The notes: generated by a model from the letters alone, not told the origin. 64,000 nt of DNA from Oscillospiraceae bacterium (GCA_017461445.1 JAFTXW010000022.1:3890-67889), one strand, 5' to 3'. Shown: positions 19,040 through 28,660, numbered from the stretch's first letter. Program-made: numbers and translations.

Positions 19040-21196
19040 ATGGATAAGATTTTAGAAGTTAAAAATTTAAAAATCTCCTTCCGTACCTCCAGCGGTAATG
19101 TGAAGGCAGTCCGGGACATTTCCTTTGACCTGGAGCGGGGCAAGACCGTCGCCATCGTCGGCGAGTCCGGTTCCGGTAAGTCCGTTACCTCCAAGGCTAT
19201 CCTTGGTATTCTGGCCGGCAACTCCATCGTGGAGGGCGGCGAGATTTTGTACGACGGCAAGGATCTGCTGAAGATCAGTGAGGAGGATATGTGCAAGATC
19301 CGCGGCGACAAGGTCTCCATGATCTTCCAGGACCCTCTGTCTTCTCTGAATCCCATCGTCAAGATCGGCAAGCAGATCACCGAGGCCATGCTGCTGAAAA
19401 ACAAGACCAGCCGCAAGGAAGCCAAGGCCGAGTTCAACGCCCTGCTGAAGCTGCTGCAGCAGCACATGGTCGCTGCCTCCGGTGACGAGGCACGGGCCAA
19501 GGAACTGTGCGATACCTTCGATAAGTTCTGCATCGAGTCCAATAAGCTGGAAAACAGCTATAACACCGCCCATTCTACTGCCTTCGGTATGCTGGAATCC
19601 ATCGAAGATGTGTCCTTCCGGCTGAGCAAGAAGCAGAAGATGGATCTGAAGGCAACCCTGAAGGGCTATGCCAAGAAGCTGAAGGAGATCAAGGATCCCT
19701 TCCTGACTGCAGGCTATGCGGAAAAGCTTGGCAAGCTGGCTGAGGAATTCACCAAGGTCGCCGCTGAGAACAACAAGGCTGAGAACGGCATGACCGCATC
19801 CCTGGAGAAGGTCTTTGGCGATGCAAAGGCCCTGCTGGAGGAGCTGACCGCCCAGGAGCGTCCTGATTTCTTCCGTGTGGGCTTCTATATGCTCAAGAAC
19901 CCCGACGCAAAGCTCTATGACATGAACGTTGCCGAGCTGAACGCCATGACACTGAAGTTCCTGGATGAGAACTTTATGAAGGAGTTCATCGCTCTGGAGA
20001 GCGAGGGCGTTGAGCACTCCTATCAGGAGGCTCTGGAGAAGAAGGAAGAAGTCCTGTCCACTTTGGAGGAGGCCAAGACCTATTTTGCCGGGACCTTCGA
20101 GAAGAAGGAAGCCCTGGCCTATGCCAAGACCCTGGCCGACAAGGTGGAGGCCGGTATCGACCGCCTGGAGATCAACAAGGACAGCGTGGCCTATACCTTC
20201 CGCTCCAGCCTGAATAACGGCATCGAAAAGTATTTCTTCTACAAGAAGAACAACCCCAAGGAAGAGGCCCGCTACGAACGTCAGTCCAAAAAGCGCGAGG
20301 CTCTCATCGCCCGTGGCAAGACCGTTGATTGGAAGGTCATCCCCAAGGTAGTCTTCGATCTGGAGGATCTGAAGAAGGATATTCTGAAGGTCATCACTGT
20401 CATGAAGGCCCGATACGAGGCCAACATTGCCGTGGCTGACCAGGTGGACTACAATGCCCGCAGCATTGAGATCATCGACAGCCTGAAGGATAAGGCTTCC
20501 AAGGTGGTCTATAAGGTCACTCCCGCCATGGCGAAGGAGAAGGCCATCAAGCTGATGGAAGAGGTCGGCATTGCCGAGCCCCGTATGCGTTACAACCAGT
20601 ATCCCTTCGAGTTCTCCGGCGGTATGCGCCAGCGTATTGTTATCGCTATCGCCCTGTCCGCTGACCCCGAGATCCTGATCTGTGACGAGCCCACCACCGC
20701 TTTGGACGTGACCATCCAGGCCCAGATCCTGGAGCTGATCAACCGTCTGAAAGCGGAGCGCAACCTGTCCGTCATCTTCATCACCCATGACCTGGGCGTT
20801 GTGGCAAATATGGCTGACGACATTGCCGTTATGTACGCCGGCAAGATCGTGGAATACGGCACTGCCGACGACATCTTCTATGATCCCCGCCATCCCTATA
20901 CCTGGGCACTGCTGAGCTCCATGCCTGACCTGGACACCAAGGAAAAGCTGGATGCCATCCCCGGCACGCCCCCCAACATGATCTATCCCCCCGTCGGTGA
21001 CGCATTCGCCGCCCGAAATAAGTACGCAATGCAGATCGACTTCGAGGAGCAGCCCCCCATGTTCGAGATCTCCGAGACCCATAAGGCTGCTACCTGGCTG
21101 CTGCATCCCGATGCACCCAAGGTGGAGATGCCCAAGATCATCACCGACCGTATCCAGAGAATGAAGCAGAAGGCAGGAGGTGCACAGAATGGCTAA
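19040..21196 (+). CDS. OppD-like ABC ATPase with a roughly 380-aa helical insertion (718 aa)
   Basis: Walker A 'GESGSGKS' and Q-loop 'MIFQDP' are N-terminal. The signature 'FSGGMRQR' and Walker B 'LICDEPTTALD' appear only after about residue 530. Confidence 0.85.
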   Translation: MDKILEVKNLKISFRTSSGNVKAVRDISFDLERGKTVAIVGESGSGKSVTSKAILGILAGNSIVEGGEILYDGKDLLKISEEDMCKIRGDKVSMIFQDPLSSLNPIVKIGKQITEAMLLKNKTSRKEAKAEFNALLKLLQQHMVAASGDEARAKELCDTFDKFCIESNKLENSYNTAHSTAFGMLESIEDVSFRLSKKQKMDLKATLKGYAKKLKEIKDPFLTAGYAEKLGKLAEEFTKVAAENNKAENGMTASLEKVFGDAKALLEELTAQERPDFFRVGFYMLKNPDAKLYDMNVAELNAMTLKFLDENFMKEFIALESEGVEHSYQEALEKKEEVLSTLEEAKTYFAGTFEKKEALAYAKTLADKVEAGIDRLEINKDSVAYTFRSSLNNGIEKYFFYKKNNPKEEARYERQSKKREALIARGKTVDWKVIPKVVFDLEDLKKDILKVITVMKARYEANIAVADQVDYNARSIEIIDSLKDKASKVVYKVTPAMAKEKAIKLMEEVGIAEPRMRYNQYPFEFSGGMRQRIVIAIALSADPEILICDEPTTALDVTIQAQILELINRLKAERNLSVIFITHDLGVVANMADDIAVMYAGKIVEYGTADDIFYDPRHPYTWALLSSMPDLDTKEKLDAIPGTPPNMIYPPVGDAFAARNKYAMQIDFEEQPPMFEISETHKAATWLLHPDAPKVEMPKIITDRIQRMKQKAGGAQNG

Positions 21197-22403
21197 TGTG
21201 AATGAGAGAGAGACTCTGCTGAAGGTTGACCACCTGTGCCAGTATTTCGGCCCCGTCAAGGCTGTTGACGATGTCAGCTTTGAGATCAAGAAGGGCGAGG
21301 TCTTCGGTTTGGTCGGCGAGTCCGGCTGCGGCAAGACCACTACCGGCCGTTCCATTATCAAGATTTACGACATCACCTCCGGCTCCATCTATTTCAAGGG
21401 TCAGCGCATTTGCGCCGGTACCCAGAGCTATAAGGATGCCATCAAGGCCGCCAAGGCAGAGATCAAGCAGCTGAAGAAGTCCGGCGCGGCTGACGCAGCG
21501 GAAAAGATCGCCAAGTGCGAGGCTACCATTGCTGAGATGAAGGTGGAGATCGAAAAGGCCAAGTTTGACCATAACCACTCCGACCGGGAGTACGCCAAGA
21601 CCCTGATGGCTAAGACCGAGAAGGAGTACGCTCCCAAGCTGGAAGCCGTCAAGAACGATCCCGAGGCCCTGAAGAAGCTGCAGAAGCAGTATAAGGATCA
21701 GCTGCATATCGATAAGAACACCAAGCTGATCACCCAGATCCAGATGATTTTCCAGGATCCCATCGCCTCTCTGAACCCCCGTATGACCGTTAAGGAGATC
21801 ATTGCCGAGGGCCTGGTCATCAACGGCATCAAGGATCAGGCCTATATCGATGAGAAGGTCTATGAGATTCTGGAGCTGGTCGGTCTGGTTCGTGAGCACG
21901 CGGGCCGTTACCCCCACGAGTTCTCCGGCGGCCAGCGTCAGCGTATCGGCATCGCCCGCGCCGTTATCATGCGGCCCGACCTGCTGATTGCCGACGAGCC
22001 CATCTCCGCTCTGGACGTTTCCATCCAGGCCCAGGTCATCAACTTGTTAAATGAGCTGCGGGATACCTTGGATCTGACCATCCTGTTCATCGCTCATGAC
22101 CTGTCCGTGGTCAAGTACTTCTCTGACCGTATCGGCGTTATGTACTTCGGCAAGATGGTGGAGCTGGCTTCCTCCGATGAGCTGTTTGCTCATCCCATGC
22201 ACCCCTATACCCGCTCCCTGCTGTCCGCAATTCCTCTGCCCGATCCTCACTCCGAGAAGAACCGCCAGAGAATCACCTACAATTCCCTGGCCGCTCACGA
22301 CTACACCGTGGACAAGCCCACCCTGCGTGAGATCATCCCCGGTCACTTTGTCCACTGCAACGATGCAGAGGAGGCACAGTACAAGAAGGAGTTCAATCTG
22401 TGA
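21189..22403 (+). CDS. OppF-like ABC ATPase with a roughly 100-aa insertion (404 aa)
   Basis: Walker A 'GESGCGKTT', then a long K/E/A-rich insert before Q-loop 'MIFQDP'. 'FSGGQRQR' and 'LIADEPISALD' follow. I chose ATG 21189 as the start because AGGAGG lies 8 nt upstream. Confidence 0.85.
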   Translation: MANVNERETLLKVDHLCQYFGPVKAVDDVSFEIKKGEVFGLVGESGCGKTTTGRSIIKIYDITSGSIYFKGQRICAGTQSYKDAIKAAKAEIKQLKKSGAADAAEKIAKCEATIAEMKVEIEKAKFDHNHSDREYAKTLMAKTEKEYAPKLEAVKNDPEALKKLQKQYKDQLHIDKNTKLITQIQMIFQDPIASLNPRMTVKEIIAEGLVINGIKDQAYIDEKVYEILELVGLVREHAGRYPHEFSGGQRQRIGIARAVIMRPDLLIADEPISALDVSIQAQVINLLNELRDTLDLTILFIAHDLSVVKYFSDRIGVMYFGKMVELASSDELFAHPMHPYTRSLLSAIPLPDPHSEKNRQRITYNSLAAHDYTVDKPTLREIIPGHFVHCNDAEEAQYKKEFNL

Positions 22404-22825
22404 GCAAGACCCTTCGCGGGAACCTGATCAAAAGTGCTGTCGCGCTGGCATTGGGGCTGGTAATCGCATATGCCTTCGTTTCCCTGCGGGTGGATATGAA
22501 AAACCTCAGCGAAGTGGAGCTTGTGGATCTGTACCTGATCCTCTGCGATGCCTTCACCATTCCCGGTCTGCTGATGCTGATGTTCGGTCTTCTGATGACA
22601 CTCAGCAATCATGGCGCGCTGGACGGCGTGGGGTATTTGGCTGTGAACGCCTTCAAAATGCTGATCCCCACTGCCGCGACGAAAATGGAGCGGTACAAGG
22701 AATACGTGGAGCGCAAAAGGGCAAATCGCGTCAAGAGCCACGGCTTTCTCTATGTGGTGGCCGCCATCCTGCTGGCCCTCGCCGGTATCTTTATGATTTT
22801 GTTCTATTCCCTCTATCAGAAATAA
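22400..22825 (+). CDS. Small membrane protein, DUF3899-like
   Basis: The GTG start overlaps the oppF stop (GTGA). Four hydrophobic helices with a central 'GALDGVGYLAVNAFK'. The family call is from memory. Confidence 0.5.
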   Translation: MSKTLRGNLIKSAVALALGLVIAYAFVSLRVDMKNLSEVELVDLYLILCDAFTIPGLLMLMFGLLMTLSNHGALDGVGYLAVNAFKMLIPTAATKMERYKEYVERKRANRVKSHGFLYVVAAILLALAGIFMILFYSLYQK

Positions 22826-22861
22826 AAAAAGTGCTGCACGCCTTTGTGCAGCACTTTTTTG
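22825..22861 (+). terminator. Rho-independent terminator of the Opp operon
   Basis: aaaaaagtgctgcac-gccttt-gtgcagcactttttt. Confidence 0.85.
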
Positions 22862-23177
22862 CATAGAAAATGTAACGAACCGAGCATTGCCCATTGGTAT
22901 AACGAAACCAGACCAGGTGTGGAATGAATTTTTCCTGCCCACATGAAAGATCCCCGGATACGGTTGACCAGACCGCACCGAGGATCTTTCAGAGAAAAAG
23001 AGAGGTAAGAAAATGAAAAAGAATGAAATCCTTTATTTACAATTTCATTATATCGGAAGGGTATTAAGAAATTTAGAGAAGATATATTAAAAAAGTATTA
23101 AGCAGGTAAAAAATGGAACCCACATTTTGTGCACATCAGCCAGTTGTGAACATTTTGTTGCTTTTGACTGCCGGGGG

Positions 23178-23205
23178 TTGACTTTTTGAAAAAAAGGGGT
23201 ATAGT
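23178..23205 (+). promoter_or_regulatory. clpB promoter
   Basis: TTGACT (23178-83), 16-nt spacer, TATAGT (23200-05), immediately upstream of CIRCE. Confidence 0.6.
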
Positions 23206-23218
23206 AAAGATAAATGAA

Positions 23219-23245
23219 TTAGCACTCTCTTGCGGAGAGTGCTAA
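23219..23245 (+). promoter_or_regulatory. CIRCE operator (HrcA binding site)
   Basis: TTAGCACTC-tcttgcgga-GAGTGCTAA, a perfect match to TTAGCACTC-N9-GAGTGCTAA. Confidence 0.9.
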
Positions 23246-23266
23246 AATGAAAGGAAGGATAGCTAT

Positions 23267-25858
23267 ATGAACTTTAATAACTATACCCAGAAGTCTCTGG
23301 AAGCTGTCCAGAGCGCGCAGCAATTGGCTGTTAAAAATAACCATCAGCAGCTGGAGCAGGTGCACCTGCTGCTGGCACTGATCCAGCAGGAGGGTGGGCT
23401 GATCCCGCAGCTGCTGCGGAAAATGGAGATCACGGTGGAGAGCCTGGAAGCCGCCGCCAATACGGAGCTGCGGAAGATTCCCGCAGTCAAGACCAGCCGG
23501 GAGGCGGACCGGTTCTACATCTCCGCCGATGTGGATACCGCCTTCACCGCCGCCGAAGAGCAGGCGAAGAACATGAAGGACGAGTTCGTATCCGTGGAGC
23601 ACCTGTTCCTGGGCCTGTTGGATACCGCCCGGGGCGGCGTTAAGAACCTATTTGAAAACTACCGCATTACAAAAGAGAATGCCTTGAAAGCTTTGCAAGC
23701 TGTCCGGGGCAACCAGCGGGTCACCTCCGACAGCCCTGAGGGCACCTATGATGCCCTGGAGAAGTACGGCACCGATCTGGTCAAGCGTGCCCGGGAGCAG
23801 AAGATGGACCCGGTCATCGGCCGTGACGAGGAGATTCGGAATGTGATCCGAATTCTATCCCGGAAAACCAAGAATAACCCTGTCCTGATCGGTGAGCCCG
23901 GTGTGGGCAAGACCGCCATTGCCGAGGGGCTGGCCCAGCGGATCGTGAAGAAGGATGTCCCCAAATCCCTGCAGGATAAGACCATTTTCTCCCTGGACAT
24001 GGGTGCGCTGATCGCGGGCGCAAAATACCGGGGTGAGTTTGAGGAGCGGCTGAAAGCGGTTTTGAATGAGGTCAAGGAATCTGACGGACGGATCATCCTG
24101 TTCATCGATGAGCTGCATACCATCGTGGGCGCGGGCAAAACCGAGGGCAGCATGGATGCTGGCAACCTGTTGAAGCCCATGCTGGCGAGAGGTGAGCTCC
24201 ACTGCATCGGCGCGACGACCCTGGACGAGTACCGCCAGTATATCGAGAAGGACGCGGCTCTGGAGCGGCGGTTCCAGCCGGTGCAGGTGGACGAGCCTAC
24301 GGTGGAGGACACCATTGCCATTCTCCGTGGATTGAAGGAGCGGTACGAGGTGTTCCACGGCGTAAAAATCGCGGATTCCGCCATCATCGCCGCGGCCACA
24401 CTGTCCCACCGGTATATCACCGATCGGTTCCTTCCCGATAAGGCCATCGACCTGGTGGACGAGGCATGCGCCCAGATCCGCACGGAAATGGACTCCATGC
24501 CCACGGAGTTGGATTCTGTCTCCAGAAAGATCATCCAGATGGAGATCGAGGAAGCGGCCCTGAAAAAAGAAGAGGACGCCCTCTCTAAGGGCCGTCTGGC
24601 GGAATTGCAGAAGGAGCTGGCCGAGGAGCGGGATACCTTCAATTCCATGAAAGCCCAGTGGGAGAATGAGAAGAACGCCATCGGAAAGCTCCAGCAGCTG
24701 CGGGAGCGAATCGAGGATTTGAACCGCCAGATCGAAGCCGCTGAGCGGCAGTATGATCTGGAAAAGGCAGCGGAACTGAAATATGGCCGCCTGCCGGAGG
24801 CTCAGAAACAGCTGGAAGAGGAGGAACGGCGGGCCCAGTCCGCTAAGGAGCGGAACATTCTCCGGGACCGGGTCACTGACGAGGAGATCGCCCGGATCGT
24901 GGAACGTTGGACAGGCATCCCCGTGTCCCGGCTGGTTCAGGGCGAGCGGGAAAAGCTGCTGACCCTGGATGAGACCCTCCACAAGCGGGTGGTGGGCCAA
25001 GACGAGGCTGTCCAGGCCGTTACCGAGGCCATCCAGCGCAGCCGCGCCGGCATCCAGGACCCCAACCGGCCAATCGGCTCCTTCCTGTTCCTGGGCCCCA
25101 CCGGCGTGGGCAAGACGGAGCTTGCCAAAACCCTGGCCCAGGCACTGTTTGACGATGAAGCCAACCTGGTGCGTATCGATATGTCCGAGTATATGGAGAA
25201 ATTCTCTGTGTCCCGGCTGATTGGCGCGCCTCCCGGATACGTGGGCTATGAAGAAGGCGGCCAGCTGACGGAGGCCGTCCGCCGGAAGCCCTACAGCGTG
25301 GTGCTGTTCGACGAGGTGGAAAAAGCCCATCCCGACGTGTTCAATGTGCTGCTGCAGGTGCTGGATGATGGCCGTATCACCGATTCTCAGGGCCGTACGG
25401 TGGACTTCAAAAACACCATCCTGATCCTGACCTCCAACCTGGGCTCCGAGTTCCTGCTGGGCGGCGTCAATGCCGACGGCACCATCGACGAGGGGGCCAA
25501 GGCACAGGTGCAGGCACTGCTGCGCCGCTCCTTCCGGCCTGAGTTCCTGAATCGCCTGGACGAGATCGTGTTCTACAAGCCCCTGACGAAGGAAAATGTG
25601 ACCAAGATCATCGACCTGCAGATCGCCAAGCTGAACAGCCGTCTGGAAGCTCAGCAGATCACCGTGGAGCTGACGGATGCCGCCAAGAGTGCTATCGTAG
25701 ACGCTTCCTACGATCCCCAGTACGGTGCCCGCCCCCTGCGCCGCTATGTCCAGCACACGGTGGAGACCATGCTCAGCAAGCGTATCCTCCGGGGCGATAT
25801 CACCCCCGGCCAGATGGTCACCGTGGATGCCGTGGATGGGGAGCTGGTTATGAAGTAA
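23267..25858 (+). CDS. clpB: ATP-dependent chaperone ClpB
   Basis: Clp N domain, two AAA+ modules ('[10 protein letters not shown]', '[12 protein letters not shown]'), a long coiled-coil middle domain; 863 aa. Confidence 0.95.
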   Translation: MNFNNYTQKSLEAVQSAQQLAVKNNHQQLEQVHLLLALIQQEGGLIPQLLRKMEITVESLEAAANTELRKIPAVKTSREADRFYISADVDTAFTAAEEQAKNMKDEFVSVEHLFLGLLDTARGGVKNLFENYRITKENALKALQAVRGNQRVTSDSPEGTYDALEKYGTDLVKRAREQKMDPVIGRDEEIRNVIRILSRKTKNNPVLIGEPGVGKTAIAEGLAQRIVKKDVPKSLQDKTIFSLDMGALIAGAKYRGEFEERLKAVLNEVKESDGRIILFIDELHTIVGAGKTEGSMDAGNLLKPMLARGELHCIGATTLDEYRQYIEKDAALERRFQPVQVDEPTVEDTIAILRGLKERYEVFHGVKIADSAIIAAATLSHRYITDRFLPDKAIDLVDEACAQIRTEMDSMPTELDSVSRKIIQMEIEEAALKKEEDALSKGRLAELQKELAEERDTFNSMKAQWENEKNAIGKLQQLRERIEDLNRQIEAAERQYDLEKAAELKYGRLPEAQKQLEEEERRAQSAKERNILRDRVTDEEIARIVERWTGIPVSRLVQGEREKLLTLDETLHKRVVGQDEAVQAVTEAIQRSRAGIQDPNRPIGSFLFLGPTGVGKTELAKTLAQALFDDEANLVRIDMSEYMEKFSVSRLIGAPPGYVGYEEGGQLTEAVRRKPYSVVLFDEVEKAHPDVFNVLLQVLDDGRITDSQGRTVDFKNTILILTSNLGSEFLLGGVNADGTIDEGAKAQVQALLRRSFRPEFLNRLDEIVFYKPLTKENVTKIIDLQIAKLNSRLEAQQITVELTDAAKSAIVDASYDPQYGARPLRRYVQHTVETMLSKRILRGDITPGQMVTVDAVDGELVMK

Positions 25859-25872
25859 GTTGTCGTTTTCCA

Positions 25873-25904
25873 CTGTAGGGCGGGGTCTTGACCCCGCCCT
25901 ACAG
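25873..25904. repeat. REP-like hairpin, subtype A
   Basis: ctgtagggcggggtc-tt-gaccccgccctacag, 15 nt after the clpB stop. Confidence 0.85.
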
Positions 25905-25923
25905 TGTGCATCATTCAACGCAC

Positions 25924-25956
25924 GACCGCCGCAGCGTGTAAAGCTCTGCGGCGGTC
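25924..25956. terminator. Hairpin terminator between clpB and the convergent genes
   Basis: gaccgccgcag...ctgcggcggtc stem followed by atttggttattt. Confidence 0.6.
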
Positions 25957-25962
25957 ATTTGG

Positions 25963-26097
25963 TTATTTCACGATATCGTAGATATTTGTTCCGGTTTTTT
26001 CCTCGAAATAGCGTTTCATGCCCCAGGGGCCGGGATTGCGGCTTTCTGCTTCCCGCACCAGCCGCTCTGCTTCCGCCCTGTCGGGATATCCCCTCAT
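25963..26097 (-). pseudogene. 44-codon ORF resembling the N-terminus of an HD-domain phosphohydrolase (remnant or small protein)
   Basis: The ATG overlaps the stop of the upstream ABC gene (ATGA). 'EAERLVREAESRNPGPW' recalls the N-terminal helix of HD-domain proteins, but the HD core is absent. Confidence 0.3.
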
Positions 26098-27857
26098 TTC
26101 AGGGCCTCCAAGGCCAGCGCGTTCTGGGTTCTGTACAGCTCTGCGTAAATGCCGCCCTTTTCCAGCAGTTCGGCGTGGCTGCCGCATTCGGTGATGTAGC
26201 CGTCGGCGATGGACACGATGCGGTTTGCGCTGCGGATGGTGGACAGACGGTGGGCAATGATCAGGGTAGTGCGGCCAACGGCCAGGTTATCAAAGGCCCG
26301 CTGAATTTTCGCTTCCGTCACGGAGTCCAGGGCGGAGGTGGCCTCATCCAGAATCAGGATGGGCGGATTTTTCAGAAAAATTCTCGCAATGGCCACCCGC
26401 TGCTTCTGTCCGCCGGAGAGCAGGGTGCCCCGCTCGCCCACATAGGTATTGAAGCCCTCGGGCATGGCCTGGATGTCCTCGTAAATTTCCGCTTTCTTGG
26501 CGGCCTCAATGACCTCCTCCATGGTGGCGTCGGGCTTGCCGTAGCGGATGTTCTCAAAAATGGTATCGGCGAACAGGAACACATCCTGCTGAACGATGCC
26601 GATATTCTCATGGATGCTCCGCTGGGTCACGTCCCGGATATCCAGTCCGTCGATCGCAATGGAGCCGGTGGACACATCGTAGAACCGGGGGATCAGCTGG
26701 CACAGGGTGGACTTGCCGCCGCCGGAGGGGCCAACAATGGCTACGGTCTCACCGGGCTGTACTTCCAGGCTCACCTCATGGAGTACATCCAGATTGCCGT
26801 CATAAGCAAAGGAAACCTTTTTCACAGAAATGGCACCCTTCACGTTCTTCAATTCCTTCGCGTCAGGCTTGTCCTGGATGGTGGGCTCGGTGCGCATGAT
26901 GTCCACAAAGCGGTTCAGGCCCGCGAAGCCGTTGGCAAACATTTCAGAAAAGCTGCTGAGCTTGCGCATGGGGCTGACAAAGGAGGAAATGTACAGGCTG
27001 AAGGTCAGCAGATCCCGGTAGTCCATATCCCCCTTCATCACATAGTAGCCGCCGATGCCGATGATGACCACGTTTAGGCTGCACAGGAAGAACTCCACGG
27101 AGCTGTGGAAGGTGCCCATGGCCTTGTGGAATTCCCGCTTAGAGGTCTTGTAGATCTCATTGGCAGCGTTGAATCGAGCACTTTCCACATCCTCGTTGGC
27201 AAAGGCCTTTGCTGTCCTTACACCGGACAGGCTGCTCTCGATCTCCTGATTGATGTGTCCGGTCTTTTCCTTGGATGCCCGAGAGACACGGCTCAGATGC
27301 TTGCGCATAAGCATGACCACCACCAGGAATACAGGGATCATGGCAGCCACCACAATGGCCAACTGCCAGCGGATGGAGCCCATAACGAAAAGAGCACCGC
27401 AGATGGTCAGCACCGAGGTCAGCAGATCCTCGGGGCCATGGTGGGCCAGTTCCGTCAGCTCAAACAGGTCGGATGTCAGCCGGCTCATCAGCTGTCCCGT
27501 CCGGTTCTGGTCGTAGAAGTCAAAGCTCAGCTCCTGCATATGGGCAAACAGGTCCCGGCGGATATCCGCCTCCACCCGGATGCCGAAGGTGTGGCCGTAG
27601 TAGGCCACGATGTAATTCATCAGGGAGCGCAGCACATAGCTTGCTACCACCAAAATCATCACCGTAAAGAAGGTCTGATACATCTTCCCCGGCAGCATAT
27701 CGTACAGCGCGCTTCGGGTCACCAGCGGGAAGGCCAGATCGATGCCCGCAATGCACACGGCGCAGAATACGTCGATGGCGAAGAGCCTCTTGTGATTCTT
27801 GAAGTAACTCAGGAAAATCATCAGGGGGGATTTTCGCTGATAGTCTTTTGTCGTCAT
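26094..27857 (-). CDS. ABC exporter, fused permease/ATPase (MsbA / multidrug type)
   Basis: Six TM helices, then 'GPSGGGKST', '[13 protein letters not shown]' and 'LILDEATSALD'. I moved the start to ATG 27857 because GGAGG lies upstream. Confidence 0.9.
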   Translation of the reverse strand: MTTKDYQRKSPLMIFLSYFKNHKRLFAIDVFCAVCIAGIDLAFPLVTRSALYDMLPGKMYQTFFTVMILVVASYVLRSLMNYIVAYYGHTFGIRVEADIRRDLFAHMQELSFDFYDQNRTGQLMSRLTSDLFELTELAHHGPEDLLTSVLTICGALFVMGSIRWQLAIVVAAMIPVFLVVVMLMRKHLSRVSRASKEKTGHINQEIESSLSGVRTAKAFANEDVESARFNAANEIYKTSKREFHKAMGTFHSSVEFFLCSLNVVIIGIGGYYVMKGDMDYRDLLTFSLYISSFVSPMRKLSSFSEMFANGFAGLNRFVDIMRTEPTIQDKPDAKELKNVKGAISVKKVSFAYDGNLDVLHEVSLEVQPGETVAIVGPSGGGKSTLCQLIPRFYDVSTGSIAIDGLDIRDVTQRSIHENIGIVQQDVFLFADTIFENIRYGKPDATMEEVIEAAKKAEIYEDIQAMPEGFNTYVGERGTLLSGGQKQRVAIARIFLKNPPILILDEATSALDSVTEAKIQRAFDNLAVGRTTLIIAHRLSTIRSANRIVSIADGYITECGSHAELLEKGGIYAELYRTQNALALEALK

Positions 27858-27968
27858 TTTATTACCTCCAATCTTCCCTCTATTATACACCAAAACGCCA
27901 AAGTTGCAAGCGCAACAATAAGAATTTTGACTTTTTCCACATCTATGGTATACTGGTACATAAAATGA

Positions 27969-28000
27969 GGAGTTAGGAATTTATTATCACTCCTAACTCC
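27969..28000. repeat. AT-rich word palindrome (ggagttagga ... tcctaactcc)
   Basis: 10-bp perfect arms. The word gttaggaat is shared with 37149-37206. Confidence 0.6.
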
Positions 28001-28020
28001 AAATTATACCGGAGGTATTT

Positions 28021-28611
28021 ATGGACATTCTCTACTCCGACCGCGGCATCGTGGTCTGCATCAAGCCCGTGGGGCTTGATGCGGAAATGGAAGTTCCCGC
28101 CGCGTTGAAAGATCAGCTGGACGGCGACATCTTCCCCATCCACCGCTTAGACAAAAACGTAGGCGGTGTGATGGTCTACGCCCGGACAAAGCAGGCAGCC
28201 GCTGCCCTCTCCAAAGCTGTCCAGGAAGGAACCATGGTGAAGGAGTACGTAGCCATGGTACACGGAACGCCCCCGGAAAATGGGGACTGGGAGGACCTTC
28301 TCTGGAAGGACAGCCGTAAAAACAAGGTGTTCGTGGTGAAGCGGATGCGGGGCGGCGTGAAAAAGGCCCGGCTGGAATTTACCCGCCTGACCTCCGGCGA
28401 AACCAGCCTGGTCCGTATCCGTCTCCACACGGGCCGCAGCCACCAAATTCGGGTCCAGTTCTCCTCCCGGGGCTTCCCCTTGGTGGGCGACCATAAATAT
28501 GGCTCCCGGGATGATAGAATGGAACCTATGCTCTTCTCCTGCTGCATCACCTTCCCCTGGAAAGGCGAAAACAAGCGGTTTGAAGCCCTGCCCGATTGGT
28601 ACAACACATAA
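28021..28611 (+). CDS. RluA-family pseudouridine synthase (short form, no S4 domain)
   Basis: Catalytic 'HRLDKNVGGVMV' and 'TGRSHQIR'. Confidence 0.85.
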   Translation: MDILYSDRGIVVCIKPVGLDAEMEVPAALKDQLDGDIFPIHRLDKNVGGVMVYARTKQAAAALSKAVQEGTMVKEYVAMVHGTPPENGDWEDLLWKDSRKNKVFVVKRMRGGVKKARLEFTRLTSGETSLVRIRLHTGRSHQIRVQFSSRGFPLVGDHKYGSRDDRMEPMLFSCCITFPWKGENKRFEALPDWYNT

Positions 28612-28660
28612 TTTCTCTGTCACATTTCCCATTCTCGTTCGTTTATAAGGTGAAAGGGGG

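Noticed and set aside
21180-21188. GTG 21180 as the oppF start (ORF-track start)
   Set aside because: AGGAGG ends at 21180, leaving no spacing. ATG 21189 has ideal 8-nt spacing.
19067-21361. 764-aa ORF antisense to oppD
   Set aside because: Same shadow-ORF signature (G/L/D/H/V-rich, no RBS). The sense strand carries unambiguous Walker and ABC signature motifs.
23013-23090. 25-codon AT-rich ORF (MKKNEILYLQFHYIGRVLRNLEKIY) with a GAGAGG RBS upstream of clpB
   Set aside because: It is too short and low-complexity to support without conservation or expression data. It is probably chance in an AT-rich spacer.
23855-25918. 687-aa ORF antisense to clpB; likewise 35230..37149 (htpG), 32558..34024 (ABC-F), 59798..61138 (AGE epimerase), 47327..49156 (GH3), 39439..41337 (PolY) and 42782..44128 (SGNH)
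   Set aside because: All are antisense to genes with strong family motifs and show the same low-complexity composition. I treat them as artefacts of stop-codon paucity in GC-rich sequence.
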